Origin: Marsupella aquatica
Lineage: Eukaryota > Plantae > Marchantiophyta
Assembly (NCBI GenBank): GCA_973895155.1
Contig: OZ316895.1
Location: 124,001-188,000 of the forward strand
Direction of reading: 5' to 3'
DNA: 64,000 nt
Position numbers and translations under genes: made by a program. Numbering within the stretch: the stretch's first letter is position 1; each line of letters starts with the position of its first letter. The notes beneath the pieces were generated by a model, which saw only the letters and a list, made by a program, of their open reading frames with translations, made no database searches and was not told where the DNA came from. Shown here piece after piece: positions 13,101-23,444 of the stretch.

Positions 13101-14856
13101 GACGGCCAGCTTCAAGGCCGACCTAAGGGAGAAGGACGAGATGCTCGAACAGACTTACGCCAAGATGAACCAGATGGAGTCTGTCATCATTGCAGAGCTC
13201 GACAAGGAGCTAAAAGCAACCCAGGAGGAGAGGACTACCTTGAAACAAGAACGGGAGGAAGCCCAGAAGGAACTAGAGGAGGCACGCAAGGACCTGGATG
13301 AGACCCAGGAGGAGTTGGAGGAAATCACGAGGAAGATGGAGAACCTCCAGCGGCGGGCCGACAACCAAACGGAGCGGCTGAAGAAACAAGCCGCAGTATT
13401 TAGGTGCTTGTCTTCATCAGGCCCAACTCCAATTGGGGCAACCAAGTTACCAGGAGTGGTACTGGCCGAAGAAAAAGCCGCGCCAACTGCACCAGTGCCG
13501 GAGGTAAGTGGGAAGGGGAAGGGACCAGCTGCCGAACCAGAAAAGAAGAAAAAGCGGAAACCTTCAGGGTCAAGGAGTAATCCGACTCCACAAGCCGTGG
13601 TGACCAAAGAGGTAGAACCAGCACCATCCTCCGACATGAATACGGCAATAGATCCCGCTATGATCACAGGTGGGGGTGGTGCGGCCCAAGCCGAACTACT
13701 CAGTAAGGAGGCCGGTATTCCAGATCCGCCTCTTGAGCAGGCCGGGGAGACCGTAGCCGAGGCTGAGGCCGTAACCGATTCTCGAGCCGATGCCGACGCC
13801 GATGGTGGACCCAGTCAGGCCGATGGAGAGTTGACTCAGTCAAGGGCAGGTAATCTGTCAGGGAATGAGCCTACGGCAGTGGCTGAGGAGGAAGCGTTGG
13901 GGGCGTCCATTAAGGATCCACCACCGGTGTCGTGACGGTGCAAGGGCGCCGTTCCTTTTAGGGAGGGCGGACGTGGAGGGAGGAGGCGTGAGTGGGCAGG
14001 GCGGGCGCGGATCTCCACGTTTAGGATTAGGATCAGAACCAGGAGCGGCCCTGACACTTAGCTTAGTGGGATTGCGGTCCCACTGGTAGGAGCAACACTT
14101 GTGCTCCTGCCTTGCTGTACATAGGTAGATTCGGGCAAGTAGATTACTGTTAAGTAGATTAGGCTTACGATGCAAAGAATGGCGGATCCACTACCAGGAT
14201 AAGTACCTGGGCAGCGGGGAGCTCAGGGCCTCTTCTTTAGCAAGTTTTTAGTTTGCACCAGCCGGGCTGGGATCAAGTAGTACGAGAAGCTCTCGGTTAG
14301 TCATACAGTGACCCTTGTGTATATTCATGTTTCCTCATGCCTAAGAGCTGAATAGAGTTGGCCTCACGGCTTAGTTCGCAGAACTTGTGTATGAGATGTA
14401 CTGTTTGTATGGCAAGTGCATGGTATGACTCAGTCAGAATGAGTCATTTTGCTATTTGTGTGTCGCATTAACTTGTGTGAAGAGTGCCCACATCAACAGA
14501 AGGAAGGAAAGTAAGCAGGGGAGTGAGTGTTGGATGTGTCGAGCTGAGAGAGGTCTTAGCGGCTTAACCAAGCCTATTGGGGATCATTCCGGCGGCGGAA
14601 TCCAAACATACCTAACAAGACGGAGGGGAAGACAGGGGAAGACAGGGGAAGGCCTATATTAGGCCGGCTACGTATCTCATGACCCGATGAAGGATCTGTC
14701 CAGTATATGTGTGTAAAATGTTAATAGTAGTAGTAGAAGGTTAGCAGCGTCCCATGCCGCTAAGCCGCGGAAACGGCCTCGCCAAGCACGAAACCTGCGG
14801 GAATCGGCTTGAGCTGGGGGGTTTCTTGGGTTTAGGGAGCCATGGGACGCACCACA
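10188..14856 (+). mobile_element. Complete 4669-bp 5' LTR of element B (same family as A)
   Basis: Runs TGTGATGCC...GCACCACA with imperfect terminal inverted repeats. The start is confirmed by the copy at 17039 and the end by copies at 732, 9614 and 50628. Followed by PBS and gag. Confidence 0.88.
10303..13935 (+). CDS. 1210-aa LTR-encoded protein: ATHILA-ORF/Transposase_32-like domain, disordered linker and long coiled coil
   Basis: Uninterrupted 3.6-kb ORF with GLEAFVRLPW...LLEFVGSW...RIYGKDFYLTPKVIAEVFGLP, a heptad-rich E/K/Q/L tract and KKKKRK. A homologous decayed copy lies at 47858-49735. The true start may be Met 10561. Confidence 0.8.
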   Translation: MEPGPRLEVRLRVKTRLGLGRVKRWRLGRINGKKDRQRRGVRSACRRWWLICEHELGRRLREANYCQLLRQALGERVDTDDRPKEGMSNVNQAAHFWGCLFERATEYIKTYEDEESERAARERQELARLWELQKTAFLGGELIKDEFLWTPTSNQLDDLLFCKDSVVGIREAIKNCNDIHWELKGSTERWTQATVLGETSTAAEMKRKGAVNDEATPAKRTRSAAPKKPAEQQSRRQGEAEEEEVDPIKAIPTRDDTWKGWAATLPVEVQLHFAREEDACFTAMQTKKYQGFMAGSGLEAFVRLPWLKPEVPESDLLEFVGSWEPETNCTRIYGKDFYLTPKVIAEVFGLPIGNKTKVDTRKTLPDKEFRSFPGPSTKNGFFRNTCTNPHIGEMIDFLRVTMHCNLPRAEIGKAQVYLAERPDPSRDYNGYLLNQLKKILKEEQQVIGMGSVSRLGYHMPLLCRYARGQTFAPVLPLQVRAPEEAPTPRPLAEEPQPPVSPTIEQVFRPRKEDLPMQQPGMQSLLKLLEKEKKSASATTTATATMQDTTTEVGLHRLTRENPFAGDKERIRPESKPGVRMYVGTSSSESEAELPEAPTDEEEREKPDVQEVEEAMEDCSHDNSGYGSDHHVPGVRTCGRFVPTLPRVVRGDPNQQSSPESPPPDVAPPSFDGIKQTVQEFQERIKQEEEAALAKEKDLPGGDWPEDIRRLAKKGSKPLATIEEIRRTAWEQRPRWAMPITSTYSTYAKNRAMEYGEMCGELALGIFGEELEVGPFFHREQLEKHQLEEAMALERSKKDEVIRRLRRMEAEIEDLRAAKKAQDELRIKRHELNIMQGQLDTAQADNQNIKDKLTQTQGELADAIKEREKWKQELKNTEEAHITANSRAMAETQRKEWALKGELEKIRGALEQKEAELGKSYQGIMALQQELASLTASFKADLREKDEMLEQTYAKMNQMESVIIAELDKELKATQEERTTLKQEREEAQKELEEARKDLDETQEELEEITRKMENLQRRADNQTERLKKQAAVFRCLSSSGPTPIGATKLPGVVLAEEKAAPTAPVPEVSGKGKGPAAEPEKKKKRKPSGSRSNPTPQAVVTKEVEPAPSSDMNTAIDPAMITGGGGAAQAELLSKEAGIPDPPLEQAGETVAEAEAVTDSRADADADGGPSQADGELTQSRAGNLSGNEPTAVAEEEALGASIKDPPPVS

Positions 14857-14860
14857 TTTT

Positions 14861-14878
14861 TGGCGCTAGATGGAGGGG
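14861..14878 (+). promoter_or_regulatory. Primer-binding site of element B (tRNA-Asn type)
   Basis: TGGCGCTAGATGGAGGGG directly after the LTR end CACA-TTTT. Confidence 0.8.
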
Positions 14879-14925
14879 GCATTTCTTAAGCCGTGAGATA
14901 TGAAGTTAGAACGGAAGCGTAGGTA

Positions 14926-16483
14926 ATGACTGACCTTACGCCGAGGGAAGAAAGAGTGATTCAACGGGAGAGAGCTCGACTGCAGCAGCTCGCCGGGTGG
15001 CATGATACACAGCGACTGAGAGGGGCAGAAAGAGCTGGTAGCTCCGAAACTGGAAGTGGCGTCGAAGAAGACATACCAGAAGAAGAGTCGGTAAGGAGAA
15101 GTGAGTCTCCAACCGACATGGGGGAACCAGAGGCACGGCCAGACGAGAGGCCAGGGACCAGATTGAGCCAGCGGTCGCGCATACATTACAAGGCATTTCA
15201 TGGGAGAGGAGATGAGGATCCGGACGAATGGTTGGATGATTTCGAGGGAACCGCTGCAGCAAATGGAGAATCGGCCATCAAGATGCAGATTCTTCCCGAC
15301 CTGTTCAAGGGTGAGGCTAGGCCTTGGTACAGAGCATTAGATGTGGAAGATCAAGCCATCTGGGATATCTTCAAAACACTCTTTGTTAAGGAGTTTCGAC
15401 CCATTGGAACTTCAGAACTAGCAGTGCTGAAGTTGGGACAACTTCGGTTCAAGGAGAACAAATCCTTCAGGAAGTTCTTGCAACGCTTTCAGAAACTGGT
15501 AAGACGTACAAAGACCAATGCATCTGAAGGTATGCAACTTCAATGGTTGGTGAATGCTTTGCCACAGAAGATGAGTTTTGCAATTAGGAAGGAGAACCCG
15601 GAGACTTTAGCCGAAGCAATTAAGGATATTCAATTATACATTAATGCAGATATCACAAGCCGGAAGAAACAGCTTAAGTCTGAGAGTTCCTCATCAGAGG
15701 AGGGATCACCCCATAAGAAAAAAGATAAGAAGAAGAAACATTCCAAGAAGTCTAGAAGTGATAAGTCAAGCTCGGATAGTGGGAGTAGCAAGAGTGAGTC
15801 ATCTTCTAGTTCTGAAGAAGAAAAAACTAGGAAAAGGAAGGGCAGAAGGAGAGGGAAGACGAAAGTCAAGATGGAGGCTAAGCCACCAGATAACATCGTA
15901 GCCCTTACCGAGCAACTTAAGGCTATCATTGCAGAGGTAAAACCAAAGAAGAAGGTAGTACAGGAGGATAGCTCTGTATGGTGTGCCTTATATTATAAAA
16001 CCGGACACCATAAAGATGCGTGTCCTAAGCTTAATACTAATCATGTTCGGCATGTGGCCGAGATCAGACCATGTCAGGGAGAAGTAGAGTACTTTTTAGG
16101 AGATGCCGCTGATAGTGTTTTCGGCATCAGTGAGACTGGAGCACGAGACCTATCCAACAGACCTGCATCTCTATGGTCAGGGTTAAGGAACAATCCAGGA
16201 GAGATGTATCCTTGGATTATTCAGAACCCGTCAGTACCTCCTAGGCCGAATGTGCAAAGATTTGCGGCGTGCTATAATTGTGGTCAACCTGGCCATTTTG
16301 CTAGAGAATGCCCGAATGCACGCAAACAGGGTGATGGACAACCAGCTCAGCTATGTATGGGATGCCGACAGGAAGGTCATATGCTAGGGCAATGTCCTAC
16401 TTGGTTGGCAGGCCTGGCCGCAAATCATAAGCTTTTGCCGATCAAGATCTTACCGCCAGGTACTACCCCCGGAGGAGTTCAAA
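14926..16483 (+). pseudogene. Gag of element B, open but truncated by a deletion junction
   Basis: Capsid-like region and CCHC knuckles; sequence switches abruptly to antisense LTR sequence after GGAGGAGTTCAAA. Confidence 0.88.
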
Positions 16484-17039
16484 CTCGGCCTTGATGAGTT
16501 CGCCTCCTAAGAAAGTCGTCTTCTGCAGCTCCCACAATCGAGCGAGCTCCTGTCGTTCTCGAGCTGCCCTTTCTGATTCTTCGTCCTCGTAAGTCTTGAT
16601 GTACTCAGTTGCCCGTTCGAACAGGCATCCCCAGAAATGTGCCGCTTGATTGACGTTGCTCATACCCTCCTTAGGTCGATCGTCGGTATCTACTCTCTCC
16701 CCGAGTGCTTGCCTAAGCAGCTGACAGTAGTTGGCCTCCCGTAGTCGTCTGCCTAGTTCGTGCTCGCAAATGAGCCACCATCTCCTGCAAGCGCTCCTTA
16801 CCCCTCTCCTCTTCCGGTCCTTTCTCCTGTTGATCCTTCCTAGCCGCCGATGCTTAGCGCACCCTAACCCTAATCTTGTTTTCACCCCCAGTGTCCTTAC
16901 CTCCGGCCTCGGCCCGGGTTCCATAGTCGCCCCTAATTGTTTATATTTTCCTTGTTTTGTCCCTATACTAAGGTGTTTCTAGGGTGCACTCCTGCTTTAC
17001 CCACTTAACTGGCCGAGTGATTCCTGGCCAGGCGTCACA
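16482..17039 (-). mobile_element. First ~560 bp of the 5' LTR of element A
   Basis: Reverse complement of 10188-10743, beginning TGTGACGCC at 17039. It includes the N-terminus of the LTR ORF. Confidence 0.9.
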
Positions 17040-18077
17040 TTCTCACGAACCTAATTGAATGGTGACACTTTTGATGCTAACGGAGTCCAATGGTTTCAAC
17101 ATGAATGTTATAGCTGCAAAAGACTTTAATTGGAAATGTTATGCGAGTGCGGGACTACAAGTGAGTCACCATGAATGCTAGTGGTGTATGAACACTTAAA
17201 AAATAATGTTATGGGAGCCTACGGTAACCACCCGTAAGTCACCCTAATCAATACTAGCGGAGTTTAAAGGTTTTAATAATAATGTTGTGGGAGTCCAAAT
17301 GTTGAAACGTCGAGACCGTGCACCGCATGTAGGAGACCATGCACCGCGCTCCCTAAATACCCTGAAATGGCCTGAAGACCGGCCTCATTGCACGCCCTGT
17401 GCAGAGAAGATATATACAGGACGCACTGCCACCAGTAAGCATAAAAATGTAACCATTCGGAAATGCCTTTGCTTGAAGACTGCATCCGACAACGACTCGA
17501 ATCCATCACTTGCTGCAATTATTGACGACATCAGTACGCCATCCAAGCGACGCAAGATTCAAGACGCATAAGGGAATTTGGAGGTGGCGAGCACAGTAAA
17601 GGACCAGATTGAAGGCCAGTGATAGGAATTCTCGAAGGCCAATGCTTTCCGACCAAAATACCAACCCAACAATAATGCAGAAGGGAATTATTTTGAAGCT
17701 GACAAGCACATTAAGAAACCAGATTGAAGGCCAGTGACAGGAATTCTAGAAGCATTGACCAAGCTTTGTTTCCTTTGTATTTCTCACGAACCTAATTGAA
17801 TGGTGATACTTTTGATGCTAACGGAGTCCAATGGTTTCAACATGAATGTTATAGCTGCAAAAGACTTTAACTGGAAATGTTATGGGAGTGCGGGATTACA
17901 AGTGAGTCACCATGAATGCTAGTGGTGTATGAACACTTAAAAAATAATGTTATGGGAGCCTACAGTAACCACCCGTAAGTCACCCTAATCAATACCACTG
18001 GAGTTTAAAGGTTTTAATAATAATGTTGTGGGAGTCCAAATGTTGAAACGTCGAGACCGTGCACCGCATGTAGGAGA
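17040..18077. repeat. 741-bp tandem repeat (about 1.4 copies)
   Basis: TTCTCACGAACCTAATTGAATGG occurs at 17040 and 17781; the match runs to 18077. Confidence 0.9.
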
Positions 18078-20310
18078 CTCCCCCCTCAAAACCCCCCTCA
18101 AAACTCAAAACCCCTCAACCCTCCAACACACACCACTCAAAACTCCACTCTCCAAACCCATCAACTCCAAACCCCTCAACCCTTCAACACACCCCTCACA
18201 AAACTCCAAACTCACTCAAAACTCCAAACCCCTCAACCCCACAACCCTCAACCCACACACACCCCAACCACCCTCAACCCTGCAACACACCACTCCGAAA
18301 CTCCCCCCTCAAAACCCTGCTCAAAACTCCAAACCCCAAACCCCCCACCCCCACAACACTCAACCCAATCACACGTACCCCGACCACCCTCAACCCTGGA
18401 GCACACCACTCGCAAAACTCCACTCTCCACACCCCTCAACCCCACAACACTCAACCCTCACTCACCCCAACCAACCTCAACCCTGCAACACACCACTCCC
18501 AAAACTCCCCCCTCAAAACCCAACTCAAAACTCCACTCAAAACTCCAAACCCCTCAACCCTCCAACACACACCACTCGCAAAACTCCAAACCCATCAACC
18601 CCAGAGCCCTCAACCCACACACACCCCAACCACCCTCAACCCTGCAGCACACCACTCACAAAACTCCAAACCCCTCAACCCTCCAACACACCCCTCACAA
18701 AACTCCAAACTCACTCAAAACTCCAAACCCCAAACCCCCACCCCCACAACACTCAACCCTCACACACCCCGACCACCCTCAACCCTGGAGCACACCACTC
18801 GCAAAACTCCACTCTCCACACCCCTCAACCCCACAACACTCAACCCTCACACACCCCAACCAACCTCAACCCTGCAACACACCACTCCCAAAACTCCCCC
18901 CTCAAAACCCCACTCAAAACTCCAAACCCCTCAACCCTCCAACACACACCACTCAAAACTCCACTCTCCAAACCCATCAACCCCAGAGTCCTCAACCCAC
19001 ACACACCCCAACCATCCTCAACCCTGCAGCACACCACTCACAAAACTCCAAACCCCTCAACCCTGCAACACACCCCTCACAAAACTCCAAACTCACTCAC
19101 CCCGACCACCCTCAACCCTGCAGCACACCTCTCGCAAAACTCAACTCTCCACACCCCTCAACCCCACAACACTCAACCCTCACAAACCTCGACCACCCTC
19201 AACCCTGCAACACACCACTCACAAAACTCCAAACCCCTCAACCCTACAACACACCCCTCACAAAACTCCAAACTCACTCAAAACTCCAAACCCCACAAAC
19301 CCCACAACCCTCCAACACACACCACTCGCAAAACTCCAAACCCCTCAACCCCAGAGCCCTCAACCCACACACACCACTCACAAAACTCCACTCTCCACAC
19401 CCCTCAACCCCACAACACTCAACCCTCACACACCCCAACCAACCTCAACCCTGCAACACACCACTCCCAAAACTTCCCCCTTGAAACCCCACAACCCTCC
19501 AACACACACCACTCAAAACTCCACTCTCCAAACCCATCAACCCCAGAGTCCTCAACCCACACACACCCCAACCATCCTCAACCCTGCAGCACACCACTCA
19601 CAAAACTCCAAACCCCTCAACCCTGCAACACACCCCTCACAAAACTCCAAACTCACTCACCCCGACCACCCTCAACCCTGCAGCACACCTCTCGCAAAAC
19701 TCAACTCTCCACACCCCTCAACCCCACAACACTCAACCCTCACAAACCTCGACCACCCTCAACCCTGCAGCACACCACTCACAAAACTCCAAACCCCTCA
19801 ACCCTACAACACACCCCTCACAAAACTCCAAACTCCAAACCCGACAAACCCCACAACCCTCCAACACACACCACTCGCAAAACTCCAAACCCCTCAACCC
19901 CAGAGCCCTCAACCCACACACACCACTCACAAAACTCCACTCTCCACACCCTTCAACCCCACAACACTCAACCCTCACACACCCCAACCAACCTCAACCT
20001 GCAACACACCACTCCCAAAACTCCCCCCTCAAAACCCCACTCAAAACTCCAAACCCCTCAACCCTCCAACACACACCACTCAAAACTCCACTCTCCAAAC
20101 CCATCAACCCCAGAGCCCTCAACCCACACACACCCCTAACCACCCTCAACCCTGCAGCACACCACTCACAAAACTCCAAGCCCCTCAACCCTCCAACACA
20201 CACCTCACAAAACTCCAAACTCACTCACCCCGACCACCCTCAACCCTGCAGCACACCACTCGCAAAACTCAACTCTCCACACCCCTCAACCCCACAACAC
20301 TCAACCCTCG
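18078..20310. repeat. C/A-rich, G-poor mosaic satellite with a ~560-bp higher-order unit
   Basis: Built from AAAACTCCA, AACCCTCAACC and ACACACCACTC modules. Near-identical blocks start at about 18932, 19492 and 20059. Confidence 0.9.
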
Positions 20311-20879
20311 CAAAGACCGGGCATTGCGATTGCTGGGCTGCACGAAAATGTATATAGCCTAGCGAGTGTCAAGCCATGCTAGCAAGGTGATAACCATGCC
20401 AGATTTTGTGTATATCAAGGAGAAAATGTTCCTGTGTGAGGAATTTTTTTACTGTTTCCTTGCACGTTACAATGACCCCCAACAGGAGGGGGAGGAAGAG
20501 GATGAGGACGAGGAGGAACCAGATGTGGAGGAGCAGCCAGCACCACCTCCTGTGTCGCGTCCGGATCGTCGCAAGAGGGACAAGGGGAAGAGGCCGGCAA
20601 CAAGGAGTAGGAGGACCCCATTCTAGAGCTTGTTGGTGTAGTGCCCATTGGGATGCCCATTTACTCAGTGTAGTATAGGGTTTTGATATAATGGGTACTA
20701 GTCTTATAGGGACCTAGCTTGTCATATGACACCCATCTAGAGTTTAGGGTTTAGGAAACCCTAATTTTTGTGTACCTATCAATTTTCTATAAAGAAATTT
20801 TTATTCAGACCTCATTCTTTGTGTTGGACAACAAGACCCCAACCATAATTCAAAACTCTAAATCTAAACCCTAGCCTGA

Positions 20880-21315
20880 AGACACCTTGCGAAACCTATG
20901 CGAACAACCCAAATCGCACATTTACCATTCTGTAAGTATCGCAAACATTATGCGAACCACATAATTTCACACAAATGCGAAACGATATTGATTGCATACT
21001 TACCATTCATTTGGTATCGCAAATACGTTACCAAACCCCTGGAATCGCAAATACGGAACTTGCTCTATTATTGTTGCAAGTCTATCGCGACGCCCGCGGA
21101 GCCGCTTAAATGTGAGTCCTTTCCAATTCTATTTGTGTCGCAAATTGCAAAGGAGTTGCGAAGGTCTTGCAAAAGACCGGATGCCAACCTTTTGGCTTCG
21201 GAATTTGCGATTCTATTGCGATGCGCGTTACTTCGCAAAGGCGGGATTTTTTTTTATTTCCTTTGTTGTTTGCGACGCTTTCAAGTTTGCAAAAGGTGTA
21301 GGTAGTGTTGTAGTG
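20880..21315. mobile_element. CACTA (En/Spm) transposon terminus with subterminal repeats
   Basis: Ends GGTAGTGTTGTAGTG (reverse complement CACTACAACACTACC) at 21315. Many TCGCAAA/TTGCGA motifs in both orientations. It interrupts the copia gag. Confidence 0.78.
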
Positions 21316-21755
21316 GTGGACAATGTTTTCTCAATCTGCTCTTCATCTCCCACTGGTTGTCCCCAGATGGCCAATTGTGCTACAATTCTGAATAGTTCGC
21401 TGTTGTAATCGGCAATAGTTTTGTGGTCTTGAACTCTAAGATTAACCCAATCATGCCTTGCTGCAGGTAGAAAAATTGTGCGCGTGTGGTCAAATCTTGA
21501 GTGTAGGTCATCCCAGAGGATGCGGGGAATATATTCATTCATGTATTGGCGTTTTAGGGAGTCTACAAGGTGATGTCTAATTAGAATTAAGGCTTTAGCC
21601 TTCTGCTGCAAAGTCGGATCGGCATCCGTTAGAATGATGTCTTGCAGATCTTTAGAGGCAAGGTGTGCTTTGATATCTAGAGACCAAGATAGATAGTTGG
21701 ATCCGTCTATATTCAACGCTTGGAAGTAGAGTTTTTTGATAGTATTTGTGGTCAT
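21316..21755 (-). pseudogene. Ty1/copia gag N-terminus (Bianca-like), truncated by the CACTA end
   Basis: FQALNIDGSNYLSWSLD...KAKALILIRHHL...LPAARHDWVNLRVQDHKTIADYNSELFRI...EKTLST. Confidence 0.82.
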
Positions 21756-23444
21756 TGTGGGTGTCCAAAGATTGAGGGGAATTTGTGATTCTCAATTGAA
21801 TGATCATTGTATGAGATAGGGTAAAATGGGAAAGTCACTTATCTTTTGTAATTTGCGCCTGCACCTTTCTCGTTCCCTTGTCCCGGAGTTATTATTGGGT
21901 AGACATTTCTCGCTCAGCTGTTTGTAGTAGCATTCAACGCTGTCCGGATTTGAGGATTGGGTGCTTTGGATGTGCTCGGGGAGACTGGTAAGGCAAGATG
22001 TTTGATTGTATCCTTGAATAAAGTTATGCAGATTGGCGAAATTGGTTTGCAATGAAAATTATTCAGACGGAGGTCAAAGATTAATCAGATATTGGTCATC
22101 CTGACTTATTTCCCGACCAATCAGGTCCGCCTCGCTAGCCATTTCAGTGTCACTAGCAAAATGTCCTGTTTTCTCGTTGAATTGACAGCGGAGGATTGAA
22201 GGAAACAACTGCCAGATTGGCATTCCAGTGTCAAGAACATTAGTGGTTGATTGCTGCCTGACTGTTTTTGGATTAATTCAAAGGAAGAATGGTGTCTTTC
22301 CACCAGACGTCTTCAACATCTCACCCAAGCAAATTCAAGCCAAAAAGAAGAGAGAACAGATTAAGCGCAGCTACTATGGTAGAAGCAGGAGTTTTTATGA
22401 TAGCAAGGTGTTCTCCTTCATTTGAATACCTACCTAATGCTCTGATTGTTATTACTTCTCTCTCAAGACCTTCTACACATGAATCTATTTTCTTGAAGTA
22501 GGCATGGGCCCAGCAGAAGCAACAGACGCATGCTACTCCACTATTCCTTGCAGAACTATGCTCCCTTCTACGTTCACGCGCACGGTCTATGAGCTTTCGG
22601 ATTCAATCATGCCGTCAACGTACCAAAGTTTCTACTGCAAATACAGTCCACTTTCCTGCCTTGTCCGATAATCCTTCACGATAGTACTGTACAGCGCATC
22701 ATTCCATTCTCGCGTCATTTGAGAATTATTCCCTTACGCCTTCCCTAACCCCAGAGTAGCTAACAAGCTTTCGAGCACGTTTCACGACCGTATCTTGCGA
22801 ATCTGAGATGCTCAGACAGTTGAGATGCAGATGGAACTCCATATCGTTTTGGTCGAATCCAGACTGTCAACTCCCTTTGAAGCAGAAGAACATGGCCACT
22901 TCACTAGAATTGAATTATCTAATCTTCGACATGGATGTATTCGAAGATCTGAATACATCCATCAGTCTCGGCCAAAGGCTTCCTGCAAGTCGATGAACTC
23001 GAAGACTCATTGCTTGAAGTTCTCTGCTGGTGGAGGTCGCCATCCGCGCATTTGATCTTTATGCCCTTGATTTTCGTCTCCTGTCACCAATGTGAGTTCC
23101 CTTCCAGTACCATCTTCACAGCAAGGCAGCTACTGTATGCAAACTCTTCTTTTGATCTAAGGACAATACTCAACTAAGATGTCAAAAGAGGTTTCTACAT
23201 ATCAAGCCAACAGCTTGATTTCACGCACCTATAATTTCGACACTCAAAACGAAACTTGCGTGACATTTCTCTTACATGAAATGGTCTTTCAGCCAGAAGA
23301 GGGCTAGGTACAACCCCCAATTGCAGAATCTCAAAATTAATGTTACAGAATTGCGACACCCAAAACCTGATTGTATCTGCGCTGCCAGTGACTACTGATT
23401 TGAAGTCACTTTCCAGCCAGCCCAACACAGCTTTCAATCTGGGT

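Larger units (their letters stand above)
733..17039 (-). mobile_element. Disrupted Ty3/gypsy retrotransposon A (non-chromovirus, Athila/Phygy-like), host of three nested insertions
   Basis: Order on the minus strand is LTR start TGTGACGCC (17039), LTR end (9614), PBS, gag, PR, RT, RH, INT. Several stops and frameshifts are present. Confidence 0.9.

Noticed and set aside
10303-13935. Host SMC/myosin-like gene or true viral envelope protein
   Set aside because: It is bounded by LTR termini and multi-copy, with no ATPase or motor motifs, signal peptide or transmembrane segment visible.
14861-14878. tRNA gene
   Set aside because: Only an 18-nt complement of a tRNA 3' end (the PBS); no cloverleaf.
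18078-20310. CRISPR-like or true telomere array
   Set aside because: There is no constant repeat with unique spacers and no clean (CCCTAAA)n run, and the context is eukaryotic and interstitial.
18028-20362. 703-aa and 293-aa P/T/H/Q/N-rich ORFs
   Set aside because: They are open only because the G-poor satellite rarely forms stop codons. Several frames are open and no domain is visible.
22280-23055. Short ORFs conserved in both duplication copies
   Set aside because: Conservation is explained by the recent duplication, and no recognisable domain is present.
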